Shown here: piece after piece, positions 1-12,014 of the stretch
Numbering within the stretch: position 1 is the first letter of the stretch
Layout: each line of letters opens with the position of its first letter
Origin: Hydrolagus affinis
Taxonomy: Eukaryota
Length of the DNA: 64,000 bases
Direction of reading: 5' to 3'
Assembly: GCA_012026655.1 (NCBI GenBank)
Contig: JAAILG010000846.1
Span: 1 to 64,000 of the forward strand
Program-made: the position numbers and the translations under genes
The notes under the pieces: model-generated
The model's database searches: none
Told to the model about the DNA's origin: nothing
What the model saw: the letters and a program-made list of their open reading frames with translations, nothing else

Positions 1-30
1 CCACACCCCTCCCCAGTGCTGTACACTTAC

Positions 31-255
31 TCTCCTTCTCTGGCGGTGCAGCTCCCCAATGGAGTTGGCCAGTGTATTGAAGCCTAAGATGATCCGTGTG
101 CTCTGCGGCCACTGGGCGCTGACCAGAGTGTGTTCCCCCATCAGGATTTTGCGGATGTTCTCAGCACCTGTCACTCGGATCACCGGTTTACCCAAAAGAT
201 GCGTCTTGAAGACATTCCCATACTTGTCTCTCCTCGAAGCGTGGAAGTTGGAGCC
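31..255 (-). CDS. CYP26C1: CYP26C1 coding exon 2 (225 bp); gene continues beyond the left edge
   Basis: TGCAG acceptor and GTAAGT donor. Translates [75 protein letters not shown], typical CYP26 exon 2, in phase with exon 1. Confidence 0.95.
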
Positions 256-1599
256 CTGCAAGAAGCAACAAAAAAAAACACACAACCTCACAGAGAAAGT
301 CATTCATCTGTGCAGCATGTCTGTTTGCTGAAGCTTTTAAGGAAGTGTTTTCCGAAGTGACTGCAACCGCCTGTACAGCAAACTAGATCAGAATCCATGC
401 GACCCCCACCCAAAAAAAAAACTAAGTTGTTTTCAGTTTTCTCGGCCGCTTGTTTGGAGACATGACGAATTAACCCGAAGGTCTATCAAACCTGAAGCGT
501 GTTTTCAGAGCCTCGGGAAGCTGCCTGCCGCTCCAGGAAACAGCGAGACAGACCTCAGACCTTTTCATCTGATTACGTTTAGGCAAATATGTCTACTTCT
601 CGCCTCGCCCAAACCTTTGTTAACTCGTGTTTAATGCGTTTGCAACACTTAACACGCACAGTACAGCTGCAGAAACAGTCCAGCGCCTCTTAGTTGCTTG
701 CGATTGGGACGCATCTTTCTCTCTCTCTCTCTACAATATCAAACCCAGTGTTTACTTTAAGTCTACCACCTTCCCGAAAACTCACGATGGAGTGTGGAAC
801 GATATAGTTTAGAAATCATGAGAAGCTTCAGCTTTCCATTCGGATTAAGTACATTTACCATTACTAATTTTAAGGCCTTTCTATAAAGTTTCTGTCCTCC
901 TGGTGTCTGTCTGTCTTACGCATGTTATTGAAAACTTCCAAGGCAATAATTTATGTTTTTACATGTAGGTTGGGGATGTAATCTGATAATATGAAAGCAA
1001 TTTTTCTTCGGGCACATTTTCGCATTAGTCATCTTTACAGCTTCAAAGAACTGTAACTCTGAGCTCCTGCCAGTTAATGAAGAACCGTTTAAGGGAATCA
1101 CAGCAATTAAATAAATCTAAATCTAAATAATTGTTTAAAACAAGTGACGTCCATGAAAACAGTGTTTAGTAGCCGTAGAGAAAATCCCACCAGCGACTTC
1201 AGAGCAATCTGAATTTGTTGGTAGCTACTCACTGGCTTGCATTGTCTATGGAAAATATATACAGTAGAATCATTGAATTTTACAGCACAAAATGAGGCCA
1301 TTCAGCCAATCGAGTCTGTGCCGGCTCTTTGAAAAGAGCTATTCAAAGTCAAGGCTCTCTCTCCCCATAACCCCGCAAACCCGTCGTCCCCCGCATACAT
1401 CTATAAAAGACTTTTGTCAGCATTTTCATAATTCGCAGGGAACTCATTTCACGAGGGAAGCAGAGCTAGCTGCCCATCTTTACAGCGGGAGGAAATCAAT
1501 TACCAATCAAACTTTTCAATAGATATCGGTATGAGCAAAAAAAAAGTGATTCTTTGCTTTTTAAAAAAAAATGAACAAGTACAAATGTGTCTTTCTTAC

Positions 1600-1803
1600 C
1601 TGTACCAGCCAGTGAAGGGTTTCTCCCAGCAGTGGCCAACCCATTGAGCCTTTGGGCAGAGGCAGCTTGTTGCCCCGGTCTCTGGTCACATTCCAGCCAA
1701 GAGTCCATAGTTGTCGCGATACAGCGAGCAGCAGCACCACCGACAACAGGGAGGTGAGAGCGGTGGCCAGGACCGACAGATAGTCGACTCCTAGCAGGAA
1801 CAT
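1600..1803 (-). CDS. CYP26C1: CYP26C1 coding exon 1 (204 bp), cytochrome P450 26C1
   Basis: ATG at 1803; [68 protein letters not shown] followed by GTAAGA donor. Membrane anchor plus [20 protein letters not shown] resembles CYP26C1; adjacency to EXOC6 (not EXOC6B) supports C1 over B1. Confidence 0.92.
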
Positions 1804-2090
1804 TGCTCGGATTCACTTGTTACTGCCACAGATCTGACCCGCAAAATAGATGGATTTGTCCACAGCAGAGAACTCTGCAGCTCTTAACTCTTTGCCGATG
1901 CGCTTCACAGTTTGTATAGTTTTTTTTTTACTCTCCCCCACCCCCCCCACATAGAAAGAAGTCAAATACTTTCTTTTCAATATCACATCGTTAGCGTTGG
2001 GAACCGTTCACGTTTTCCGATTGGGGGCAGACAGGCAGACGGTCAGGCCCGTGAAACTCCACACTTCTTTTATGCCCTACAGACGAAAAG
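1804..2090 (-). promoter_or_regulatory. Putative CYP26C1 5'UTR and proximal promoter
   Basis: Immediately upstream of the ATG; minus-strand CCAAT at 2020-2024 and a weak TATA-like CTATACAAA near 1912-1920; CpG-containing. TSS cannot be fixed from sequence. Confidence 0.45.
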
Positions 2091-2495
2091 GTAAATGAAT
2101 TTTATTTTATTATTTTATTTTATTATAAAAAAAAGAAATGGCTCAAAAAAGAACAGAGCCCTCAGAACCTGCCACACAGGCCAGCTTGAGTTACCGTAAT
2201 CATTGTTTATTTGTAATGCTGGTCTGAAAATTAGGTCTATACTCAAAACTATGTAAGATTTAATATGAAGATAATTAATATGTGGGCGTAATAAATTTGG
2301 GAACAATTATGTTACAATAGAAATACATATCGACATATTACGTTGCGTAGAAATTAAGCCAAACGCAACTATTATTGACATTGTGTCTGAGTATTTGGAT
2401 AAAACTTTCGAATGAAATTTAAATTGGTCAACTTTCAATTTACAGGTCAATACTCGAGTCTGGATTACAACTTCCAATTTTCTACTTCTGCACCT

Positions 2496-2516
2496 TCTCT
2501 CTCTCTCTCTCTCTCT
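2496..2516. repeat. (CT)n microsatellite
   Basis: tctctctctctctctctctct. Confidence 0.85.
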
Positions 2517-3319
2517 AGCCTATTACATGTTCAGAAACAAAACCTGAACATTTAAACTGCGGGGACTTTTAAAGTAGAATTAAAGTTTGACAAATTCTAT
2601 TTTGCTAACTTGCATTATTTTCCAAATGAATTAAGTACGTGGTAAAGTAACGTTTATCCTTATGCACAAATGAAATAATCATGTAATATCAGCAGAGTAC
2701 AGCAGTCACTATCTTATATAATCAGATTTATCTGTGGAAATCATCTATATGGTTGACTAATTTAGGGAGAAAATTAAATCAAACTTTTTTTAATTCATTA
2801 TCGTTGTCGATTCATCAGAAGTAATGGGCCACATTCATAAAATAATATGTACATTCAGCGCTTGGATAAAATCTCGACTCCAAAACAAAATTTATTTTAA
2901 AACAGGACAACCCACCGTCCCGTATTTTACCGCATGACTAAACTCGTGATCACAGACGTTAACACGGAACCTTCCTTGTAAAATACGTGGGTAGGTTCCA
3001 AACAGATCCGATTTAATCACACGAAACACGTTGTCAAGAATGTGTAGCAAATACTAATAATCTCTACTGTGGTGATCAATTTGAATGCACTTTGAGGCTT
3101 TTATTCCCTGAAAATCTGACTAAGTGTGGGATTGGGTTTATTCCCCCAGTACTCGAGATAGCGTCACTATGATTTGCTGAATAGAACTTTATATCTAACC
3201 CACATTGCTTACAATCCTAGACAGCACATTGGCAGATTGTTACCTCTCCATTGACAAAGCGTGAAAGTTTACATTGCTTACTTCATACTTGTCAGGAAAA
3301 CACTATACTAGATATAGGC

Positions 3320-3337
3320 TATATATATATATATATA
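3320..3337. repeat. (TA)n microsatellite
   Basis: tatatatatatatatata. Confidence 0.85.
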
Positions 3338-3718
3338 TTCTCGTCACAGGAGAGACCCATTCATACTTACTGTTCGGATAGACGTGCAAATTGACACCAT
3401 TCAGTTTGGAAAATTCCCTGTGTCGGATCGTGAGCGAGTTTCATTCAAAATCCCACCATAAAACATGTTCCTGGTTTGCACTGATCATTTTTTTTGGGGG
3501 TTGGGGGGGGGGTGGGGGGAACGGCCTTTTTATAGATGTTCGCTGAATAAACCATCCACCTCCCCCAAAGTGACGTCGTTTGCAACATTTAAATACGTTG
3601 TAAAGTGCAACGATCAGATTGTGATAATCCCTGGCAAGTTAGTGACCCCCCCCCCCCCCCACCCTCCTCCCTCCACCACAGGGAAGTGATCACATTGATT
3701 GAGATCCAGCCAGAGTGG

Positions 3719-3777
3719 GAGAGTGAGACAGACACAGAGAGACAGACACACATACAGAGAGAGAGAGAGAGAGAGAA
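3719..3777. repeat. Compound (GA/CA)n microsatellite
   Basis: gagagtgagacagacacagagagacagacacacatacagagagagagagagagagagaa. Confidence 0.85.
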
Positions 3778-4776
3778 CACGGCAGCACAGGCAGTGAGTG
3801 TGACAGATCGCTCGCTGCTAAGATTTGCTCTGTCAAGCTCATGAAAGAACAGGTAACCAATAGCAGGAACTGCCCCATATCCACAGCAAGCTACTGCCAT
3901 AGATCCTCCCATTGAACACTTCAATACACTCCAGGTCACCGAGCCGCACAGTGCCAGCAATGCAGCCACAAACTCGCATTTCAGCAGTGAGACAGAAATA
4001 ACACTTAAACATCATTTTGTTTTTTATTTGGTGATTGATTAGCCGGGAGAGCTGATACCTACAGGCGAGTGGGTTTTTGTACATGCTTTAATTTGTGCCT
4101 TTTAAGCGATTTACACTTTGAAATTTTTGTATTGTGTCTCTAAAGTCAAAAAAATGTTCACTGTTTACTCTAATTGCATCCTTTCGCGTTTGCCTAATGT
4201 GGCGGTGGGGTGGAGGAAGGTGGGGGGGGTTGTTGAAACAAGGTATTTTGTGTTTTCACTTGATACGTTTAATCTGAAGAGAAGCACCGAAGCTAAATGT
4301 AATAGGGTCAACCAAGCTATGGTCACGTTTATTGGGAAGGGCAATTATTGCTATAATCCAGGACTATTGTCATGTAAAGATCAAACCGTGACAATTTGTA
4401 TTAATCACAATAAAAGTTAGTATTAAGTCATTACCACATTCTGCTACTGCAGATATTTTTTGCCCCCACCCCCCCCTCCCCCCCAATATGGGACATTGAC
4501 CTTATTCGATCTCAGTCTTATAACTTTGTAACCCCCGAAATATTATGGTTGAGCCTTAAGATGTGGCGAAAATATGCGGATTCTAAGGTTCTTTGTGAAT
4601 GAAAATGACAGATCTTAACAGCGACTACTGTCAGAAAGTATTAAATGGTTTTTTTTAATTCGGTGGTTTCGCATTATGGGCGGATCTAAACAACTGTTTG
4701 GGATTTCGCCTTTGAAAATATATTCAAAGAAGAATGAATACTGAAATGGATATCATCAAAGAAAATGAAGGCAATG

Positions 4777-4796
4777 TATATATATATATATATATA
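4777..4796. repeat. (TA)n microsatellite
   Basis: Pure TA run. Confidence 0.85.
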
Positions 4797-6732
4797 GAAA
4801 ACAACTTGATCCTGTCAATGTTAATACATTGGACAAGAGATTTAAGAAGGGAGTTGCCGAATCAATACTCGCATTAAACGTATTTTGATAGATAGCGTTT
4901 TTAGCTGCAAGTACCAACATTTCTTAGTTAGGTCCTGCTTGACAGACACTTGTTATTTAGAGATGTTGAGTTTCATTTAGTGATTGAGCTTGTGGCAGTT
5001 TGTGGGCGGGAGGATAACATTTAACTGTAATGGAAGAGTCTCGCCCACTTGCATTTAGCCCCGGTTCGAGTCAGAACTTTTGTTGATGCATTATTTTTTT
5101 TGCCATTATTTTCGAGGTAGTGTTTGGCATCAGTCTAATCTGTTGTACATTTCTTCGATGACAATAGCCTTTTGTCCCCGTTATCACAGATCGCTCAGAA
5201 CCCGGGCCTTTCTCCCTCACACGGTTTTCTTGCTGCTAATCATTTTTTTCTTCTCGAGGCCGCCATTGAAATGGGTTTAAGAAGCTCTTGAATTTTAAAT
5301 ATAGGATTTAATTATCTGCATGGGGGTTTGTCTTTTTCGACGGTTCCCTTTAAACCAGACCACCAACCGGGCAAGTATACTTGATCTAAATCCTTGCAAA
5401 TACAACACCGTTTGAACCCAGAGGATCATTGAATCCAGAGGGGGGAAAGCTCACTTACAATGTTTGATGGTCAGTTGCAAACTTCACGATTTTCTGAACC
5501 TCTACACAATCTATTTTTAATCTATTTCACCGACAATCCGTTAGTCGCCGGCTTTCCTTCGACTCGCTGTAGTCCAGTTAGTTACCTCTCTAAATGAATT
5601 CTGTTCCTTTTCGATTGCTTTGGAACACCCTCCAATGACATTTCGATTTTCCTACAGAATCTAAACCATGGCTCCAGGTAAACCCCATTGTACCCCCCCC
5701 CCCCACACACACACCCCACCCCGAGCTACCAGACACCTGCCCAATGTTGGTTAGGATTTATTTCTCTTTAGGGCAATGTCAATTTAACAAAAAGCGAGGT
5801 AACTCCCAGGAGACAAGTCTCAAACGGTTAGGCTCCACCGGGGTCTCTTGATAAATCATTCTGGGTTATTTTTTGGGGGGTTGGAGGGGTGGGGGGGTCA
5901 GGTTTTGGAAACGAAAGCAATTAAAAAGCAATTTAATTAGTTTACATCCAAAGCTTCTTTCAATGCACCCCTTCCACATGGGTGTCAATCTACTTTGGAT
6001 TGGACTTCCAGTAGATCAGCCAGTGCAGCATGCTGTGAACGGATAGGATGTAAATTCTATGCTATTCACGTTACCGTATATGGATGGGTATCTATCTCAG
6101 TTAATGCGTATTAACTGTTGAGAAAGATGAACGCGTTAGCTGGTAATTATCATTGAAGAAACATACCTTTGCAGTTTTTTTTACATCCATAATATATTCT
6201 ATCTTATTTCTAAATTTGGAGCATAAATAATAATTAAATAAGGAGCCACCTTGCACTTTCATTACACCTCCACTTCGGTTTCCTCTGTATGTCCCAGCTC
6301 CTGAGAAACCAACCTGAATTTCGAAGACACGTTGACTTGACTATTAAGTTACATTTATATACGGAATACAATTTACTTGGTCAACACAGTTTAAGCAGCT
6401 GTGTATTCAGATAATCTTATTCATCTGAGGATCCGTCCACAGAGTTTTGGTTGCTTTGATGGAAGCACTTATACAGAAGGCAAAGCTGTCTACCCAAAGG
6501 AGAGTTTCAAACCGTGAAATACATTTTAAACTACTGCATATCTATCTGCAAACACTGGCTTAAACAGAAGGCAATGTGAATGCACTCTAACTTGTCCAAC
6601 CCAAAAGCAAACGTCCTTATCCATTAATATGACAGTGCCCATTTGAAAAGTCTCTAATGGTTAAGATATAACATTTACATTCTCTGTAAGTAGAAGATTC
6701 ACCGACTAGGCAATTTCCCACACCCCAGTCCA

Positions 6733-6753
6733 ACACACACACACACACACACA
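6733..6753. repeat. (AC)n microsatellite
   Basis: Pure AC run. Confidence 0.85.
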
Positions 6754-8934
6754 AGTGGCGTTTTTGAAGGATGTGTAAGGAAAAAGAAATCTCCCCCCAA
6801 AACGTAAGAAACCACAAATGGATCAGTGTGCTTTTCCATTCATAAAAGCACGATTTTCTTTGCAACCCCCGGTTACCCCACTGGGGAGTGAGAGCAATGT
6901 TAGTCTACAAACACTGTCCCTCCTTCCTGCAGCAACAGCAGCAGTAACAGGAACAGTGTTGGGGGTAAATTAAATGCTTCAGTGAAACTCTGGAATCCCT
7001 CCCCGTCTTCCTGCTTCCGGAGCACAGTTTCTCCCAGGTTTCTAACATACTTCCAGCCAATTAGTCCATTAGGAAGCTGCTGCCCCCCCCTCCCCACCCC
7101 GTCTGTCTGTTGGATGAAGAAGAGTCTCAATCCCCACTTTATACAAACACGAATGGTATGTTTCATTAAAAAAAAAGCTGATTGGCCACTTCATTCACCC
7201 CCCGATTTAATTCTCTGTCGGCATCTCTCCCTGGACAGTTTCCCCCAAAGCCATTACAGCCACCAGAGTCGAGGCGATTTAGAGAAAACAAAACGCAGGA
7301 AAGATGAAAAAAAAACCCGATTGACTTATTTCTCTCCAGCAGCAGCTTTGTTTTCAATCTTTTTTTTAAAAAAAGGGAAACAAATTAACGCACCAATGGC
7401 AAAAACATGCATTTTGGGGGGTTATACCTGGTCTCCAACTCCAGGTAAGTAAGTGAGTGTCTGGCATTTACTTGTTGCAAAAAGTAAGAGGTGGAGGGAT
7501 AGGAAAAGAAACAGGTTCTGACAATGTATGACTTAAATAAGACAGTCAATGGGAAAACTATTACAGCCACTCCCACCCCCCTCCCCACCCCCAAAAAAAG
7601 ATAATTAACCAAACGAGCACCTTTCCAATTCCTCACAGCTTGAATTAGCTTTTTGAGAAAACTCCCCCCCCCTCTCAGTTTCCCCCAAAGGACAAGCAGC
7701 GACCAACCATCTCCCCGCGGAATAAACACAACCACAAAAAAAACAAGGCTGGGGAGTAATGTTCTTCATGGAAGTTTACAGCCTCAGTGGACGGGGGGGA
7801 AAAAAGCTAAAACGCAAGCAAGTGGTTTTATTTTTGATTGGGATTTTAATTCAAAAAAATTGTTTTTTTTTGGGTGGTGGGGGATATATAATTTAAAAAA
7901 AAGAAAACGCAAATGTGCTGGACAGCTGAGGAATTCTGACTGTGAGGTTACAGTTTAAACAGGGGAACGGTGGACATCCGAGAGTGATTACAGAGACAGC
8001 TTCACTGTGTAATCAATGTGTTCCGATGGCGGGTTAAACCGTAGCAGCAAAAAGGGACTGTGGTTTATAACATCATCTGAACTACGTGAGCAGACGACGG
8101 TCTTGAAGTGATTTTCACGGTATTAACCATTTGGTTTTGCTTAAAAAAAACACACAACTGAGCGATTTATGGGGTCCAGTTATCATCAGTTCGAGGGTCT
8201 GTCTGCTTTGGCGTGAGCGGACAGTACAGTAACTGGCGTGAGCACATTCACTGCATTGCTGAATGGCAGTCAAACTGAGAGACTTGAGTGGCTTTTATGA
8301 ATGAAATGAAATGAACGAATGAATGAAATGCAACGTTATTCAAAATACATTGCGGCCAATTAGTAACAGTTATAACTCACCAACCCCAAATCAAATTATA
8401 ATAAAATATGCAAACCCTCGCTTGTTTTTTTTGCAAGGCGACTTCATCTTTTTTAAAAAAAAAACCCAAACACACAGTACTTGTCTTTCTGTTGAGAGCG
8501 GTCACTCCATTCATTCCTGGGAGAGCAGTGATCCGGACGTATATTTACCTGCTTCACATAGCTTTGGATCGACTGAAACAAAACAAACACTCGATTTGCT
8601 ATTCAGCGTGTATTTTCCTATTTTCGCTGACCATTTATATATATATATACATCATATATAGGTATAAATTATATATTTTTGATATTGGGAAACCTAGATT
8701 GAAGGGTCAAAGCTTACAATGCTATCTATGCACCACAGAGAAATCAAGAATGCAAATTGTTAGGCAAGGCAAGGCGTAATAATAGTCTGCAGAAAATCTC
8801 TGCAGATTTTCCAAATCAGTTTAGTTCCAAAAAGCAATATTTGCACACATCTTCAAAACAGTGTCAGTCTCAAACAAATTTACATCTTGCATTTGCGGCC
8901 AGTGAAATGATGCAAAGCCAGAAAATAATTTAAA

Positions 8935-10086
8935 AAGGTGCTCAAGATCACTTTTATTACATAGTAAGAATGTACAACAAGAGCATTTTGGAGATGAATT
9001 TACAGAATCTCATTTTTTTCATTTTCTTCCTCACAAACACACCCGACCGCCCACAGATTGAAAGTTTCAAATAGATCTATTTCAAACAATAAGTAAAGAT
9101 AATGCAGACAGCTATACACTACGTTTCCTTCTAGGAGTGCAGAGAAGGATCCAATCTGAAACAATCAGAATAAAACCATCATCATTATTCATCAATAACC
9201 TGTTCAACCAGAGTGAAAACCATATCAAAAGGAAAGGAGGGTGATGACTAAACCAGATCAAAAGTAATGCCTTATTACTTGCGATTGCCTCAGACTGGTG
9301 CTTGAAGCAAGTTTACAATTCTGCAGAGAAAAATATACAAATTCAAACAAGCAACCCTGAGTAAAAGCTTGAAAGAAAATCCACGTGCACTATATTTTGT
9401 AACACGGAGAAGGACAATGTCGAAGGACAATGTACAGTGCGAAGAGACACAATATTATCTTAAATATAAAAGCAGGTAGAAGACACAAATGATCTGAAAA
9501 ATATCTCTTTCAGGTATGTGAAGTGTGGGTAAGGCAAAAATCCCAAACAACCATCTTGTATGCAAGATTGAAGCATCATGCTTTAAAAATGTGATATGGC
9601 TAATTTACAAAGTAATTTCACAGTCAATCCATTCATTGCACAACGTTAGAATACAGTGTTATCCTAATTTTTAAAAAGTTGCAATACATTGTGTTAATAT
9701 ATTGGTGAAAGGTGTGATTGCTAAAGCGTTCAACTAATGTCCTCATTATTGTTGACAAGGCCCAGCAATTTTGAACTTATGTAGAACAATTACATTTTCA
9801 TCTTTAAACTGATTGTTGGCTTTGATGAACATCAGGGGTGTGTGGTAAAGGCATTGCACATATTCACAAAATCTCAGAAACACCAAATACGTCATGGTTC
9901 GAAAATTACATAGAAAACATTTCCCTCCTACTTTCATTACACCAAGCTTATCTACATTCATAATTTGTTTGTTCTGTACTTGATTCAGTCCTTGCTCTTC
10001 AAGATTTCATTGTTATTCTGTTTTACTGTATACAAATGCTGGCTGAAGAATGACCAGGACAGGGAAAGATAAATCAGGAAACAGGT
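8935..10086 (-). other. EXOC6: Putative EXOC6 3'UTR
   Basis: U-rich (minus strand) stretch without recognisable TEs between stop codon and AATAAA. Confidence 0.55.
8953..8958 (-). terminator. Likely EXOC6 polyadenylation signal (AATAAA)
   Basis: tttatt on + is AATAAA on -, about 1.13 kb past the stop codon; first canonical hexamer I noticed downstream of the stop. Confidence 0.55.
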
Positions 10087-10219
10087 CTATGTGTGCTGGG
10101 ACATACCATTCACCAAACTTCGCAGTTGCTTCACTACAGTCTCAATCAGTTTCTGCTTGTCACGGTCATTTTTTCTGAACTGAGAAAAGATATTGTTCTT
10201 TTTGCTGGTATCCTTCATT
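10087..10219 (-). CDS. EXOC6: EXOC6 terminal coding exon
   Basis: TTTCTTCCCAG acceptor; (K)MKDTSKKNNIFSQFRKNDRDKQKLIETVVKQLRSLVNGMSQHT*. The LRSLVNGMSQH C-terminus is EXOC6-type rather than EXOC6B-type. Confidence 0.96.
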
Positions 10220-10409
10220 CTGGGAAGAAAAAAAACCCTATTTAATTGTATACATATTTACGTGAACGTTCCCAATATACATGCAAACTTATTCGAACAA
10301 TACTTGATTAAACAATAAAGAGCACATCATCAACTACAGCAGAAGGAAATATCTGACATAAGGATATTCAATAGTATGACTTGGAGTGGCAAATCACATT
10401 AAAGCATTA

Positions 10410-10790
10410 AAGGGATGAGCTTTGAGGAACAACCGGATAAGCTGGAGCTTTTTAAGCTTTGAAAAGAGACCTTTCAGAGAGGACCTTACAGAGATACAAG
10501 GTGCTTAACAGAATAGAGAATATAAACCCACAATAATGCTTTCAGACACCTCGGGACAAGAGAGCACATGTTTAGGGTTGTGCAGAGCAAGTTTGGGGGC
10601 AGATAACAGGAAGTATTTATTTATACAGAGGGTAATCAGCAGCTGGTATGAATTACCATGACAGTAAGTGTGGTGGAGGACCAAAGCCTGGACTCATTTA
10701 AGAAACAGCTAGATGCTGAAAGGGAAAGATGATAGGGTGGTTTTCTGGGAGGATAAAACCAAACAAGCCAAAGGGCTTTCTTCATCCAAA
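10410..10790 (+). mobile_element. Degenerate CR1-type LINE 3' fragment
   Basis: Decayed ORF2 C-terminal text resembling CR1 'LGLFSLEKRRLRGDL...FFTQRV..WN.LP..VV...FK..LD' (gctggagcttttt..tgaaaagaga..ggacctt; tacagagggtaatcagcagctggtatgaattacc; atttaagaaacagctagat). Confidence 0.75.
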
Positions 10791-10849
10791 TCTTGTTTGT
10801 GACAACTTAGCTGTGACAGATTGGTTTCTAGAGTTTTTAGTTACATGCA

Positions 10850-11185
10850 AGCTGTTGTGCAAAGGTACAGAGTAAAACCCAAGAACATTTCCACAGGTTC
10901 TGACAGCTCTCTTCCCATAGCATTTTTAACTGAGGGAACAAAGTGTCAGCAAGTCTTTCCACAATGGAGATAGGAAAGCTGAGCCCAAACCTGCCCCCAA
11001 CCATCCTATGTGCACAATTCTTAAATCGAGAGTAGGAATAAAGGCAATCTTTTTCCTTCCCTAATCCAGGGCCCCTAGCCACCAATGTAGCATCACTACT
11101 ACTGCTACCTTGACTAAGATGAGCAGGCTCAGCAAAATCCAGCATTTGAACCTTTGACCCTTTTCTCTGTAGGACTTAATGCTAT
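10850..11185 (-). mobile_element. Old Deu-domain SINE (SacSINE1/AmnSINE1-like)
   Basis: tttttccttccctaatccagggcccctagccaccaatgtagca...ccttgactaagatgagcaggctcagc...gaacc resembles the recalled DeuSINE consensus; similar copy at ~28.8-29.1 kb. Confidence 0.6.
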
Positions 11186-11901
11186 ACAAGGCAGTGCTTT
11201 TTTCCAATCAGCTATTGGTGGATCAAACAGGCACATCATGAAAGCAACCAACAAAATTGAAAGTGCAATCCCCAATAGAACCACAAAAATGTAATTTGCA
11301 ACACTGAATGAGTGCCAGTACCTCGAATATGCAAAATACTTACCCTCTGTTGACTCTGTATTGCAACAATTCAGCAAAAAGAATGATAATGATGAGAAAA
11401 AGTCAAAGGTGTTCAAAACAATTAGAAAGGACAATTACACGTAGCATGAAAAGATGATGATCTATGTGTATTAACAATGTACAGAAATGCTTTATAAAAA
11501 GATGTCCTCCTGACATCAAAGGCATTTTTTAAATGCAATTTGTTGTTGTTGAATGAACACTTGAAATTCTGGTGTAACTGAATGGTTTGCAAAAAAAATT
11601 CTGGTTTCTAATTGTGATATTTATGCACAAGAGTTTGTAAGGTGCAGCTTGAAAATGTGTATACATATTTAAATGATATTAGTTTTTGATCTAAAGCAGA
11701 AAATAAGCAACAGAGCATGAATAAATACAAAACAATAAACGGGAAAGCAAGAAGCACAATAGACTAAACCAAAAGCAGTTTAATTATTTTCCAGAATGCA
11801 ACCCATTTCAAAATATTGAAGCTTAAACCTTGCACAGTTACATATTAAGTTTTATGTTCTAAAATGTGCACATAAAAAACAAGCAATGAAGAACTACTTA
11901 C

Positions 11902-12014
11902 TTCTCAAGAAGTGTCAGAGCTGAGCTGGGATTTACTCTTAGGTACTTTGATGTAGCTTGCCCATAATCAGCTAGATATGTAGACCAGTCCCATACCATA
12001 AACAGGTCAAGCAG
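11902..12014 (-). CDS. EXOC6: EXOC6 coding exon (113 bp)
   Basis: TTTTGCAG / GTAAGT; LLDLFMVWDWSTYLADYGQATSKYLRVNPSSALTLLE(K). Confidence 0.96.

Noticed and set aside
59-360. Plus-strand ORFs of 90 and 76 aa
   Set aside because: Antisense shadows of CYP26C1 exon 2.
1496-1816. 106-aa minus-strand ORF with ATG 13 nt upstream of the CYP26C1 ATG
   Set aside because: The track start at 1816 is GTG (cac on +), not ATG; it is an alternate frame over exon 1 running into the intron, with no support as a uORF.
6982-7452. 156-aa ORF, longest in the track
   Set aside because: GTG start, runs through homopolymer tracts, no recognisable domain.
9411-9436. Small tandem duplication (aaggacaatgt x2) in the 3'UTR; similar ones at ~34971, ~48835 and ~51423
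   Set aside because: Ordinary slippage duplications with no further structure; not CRISPR-like.
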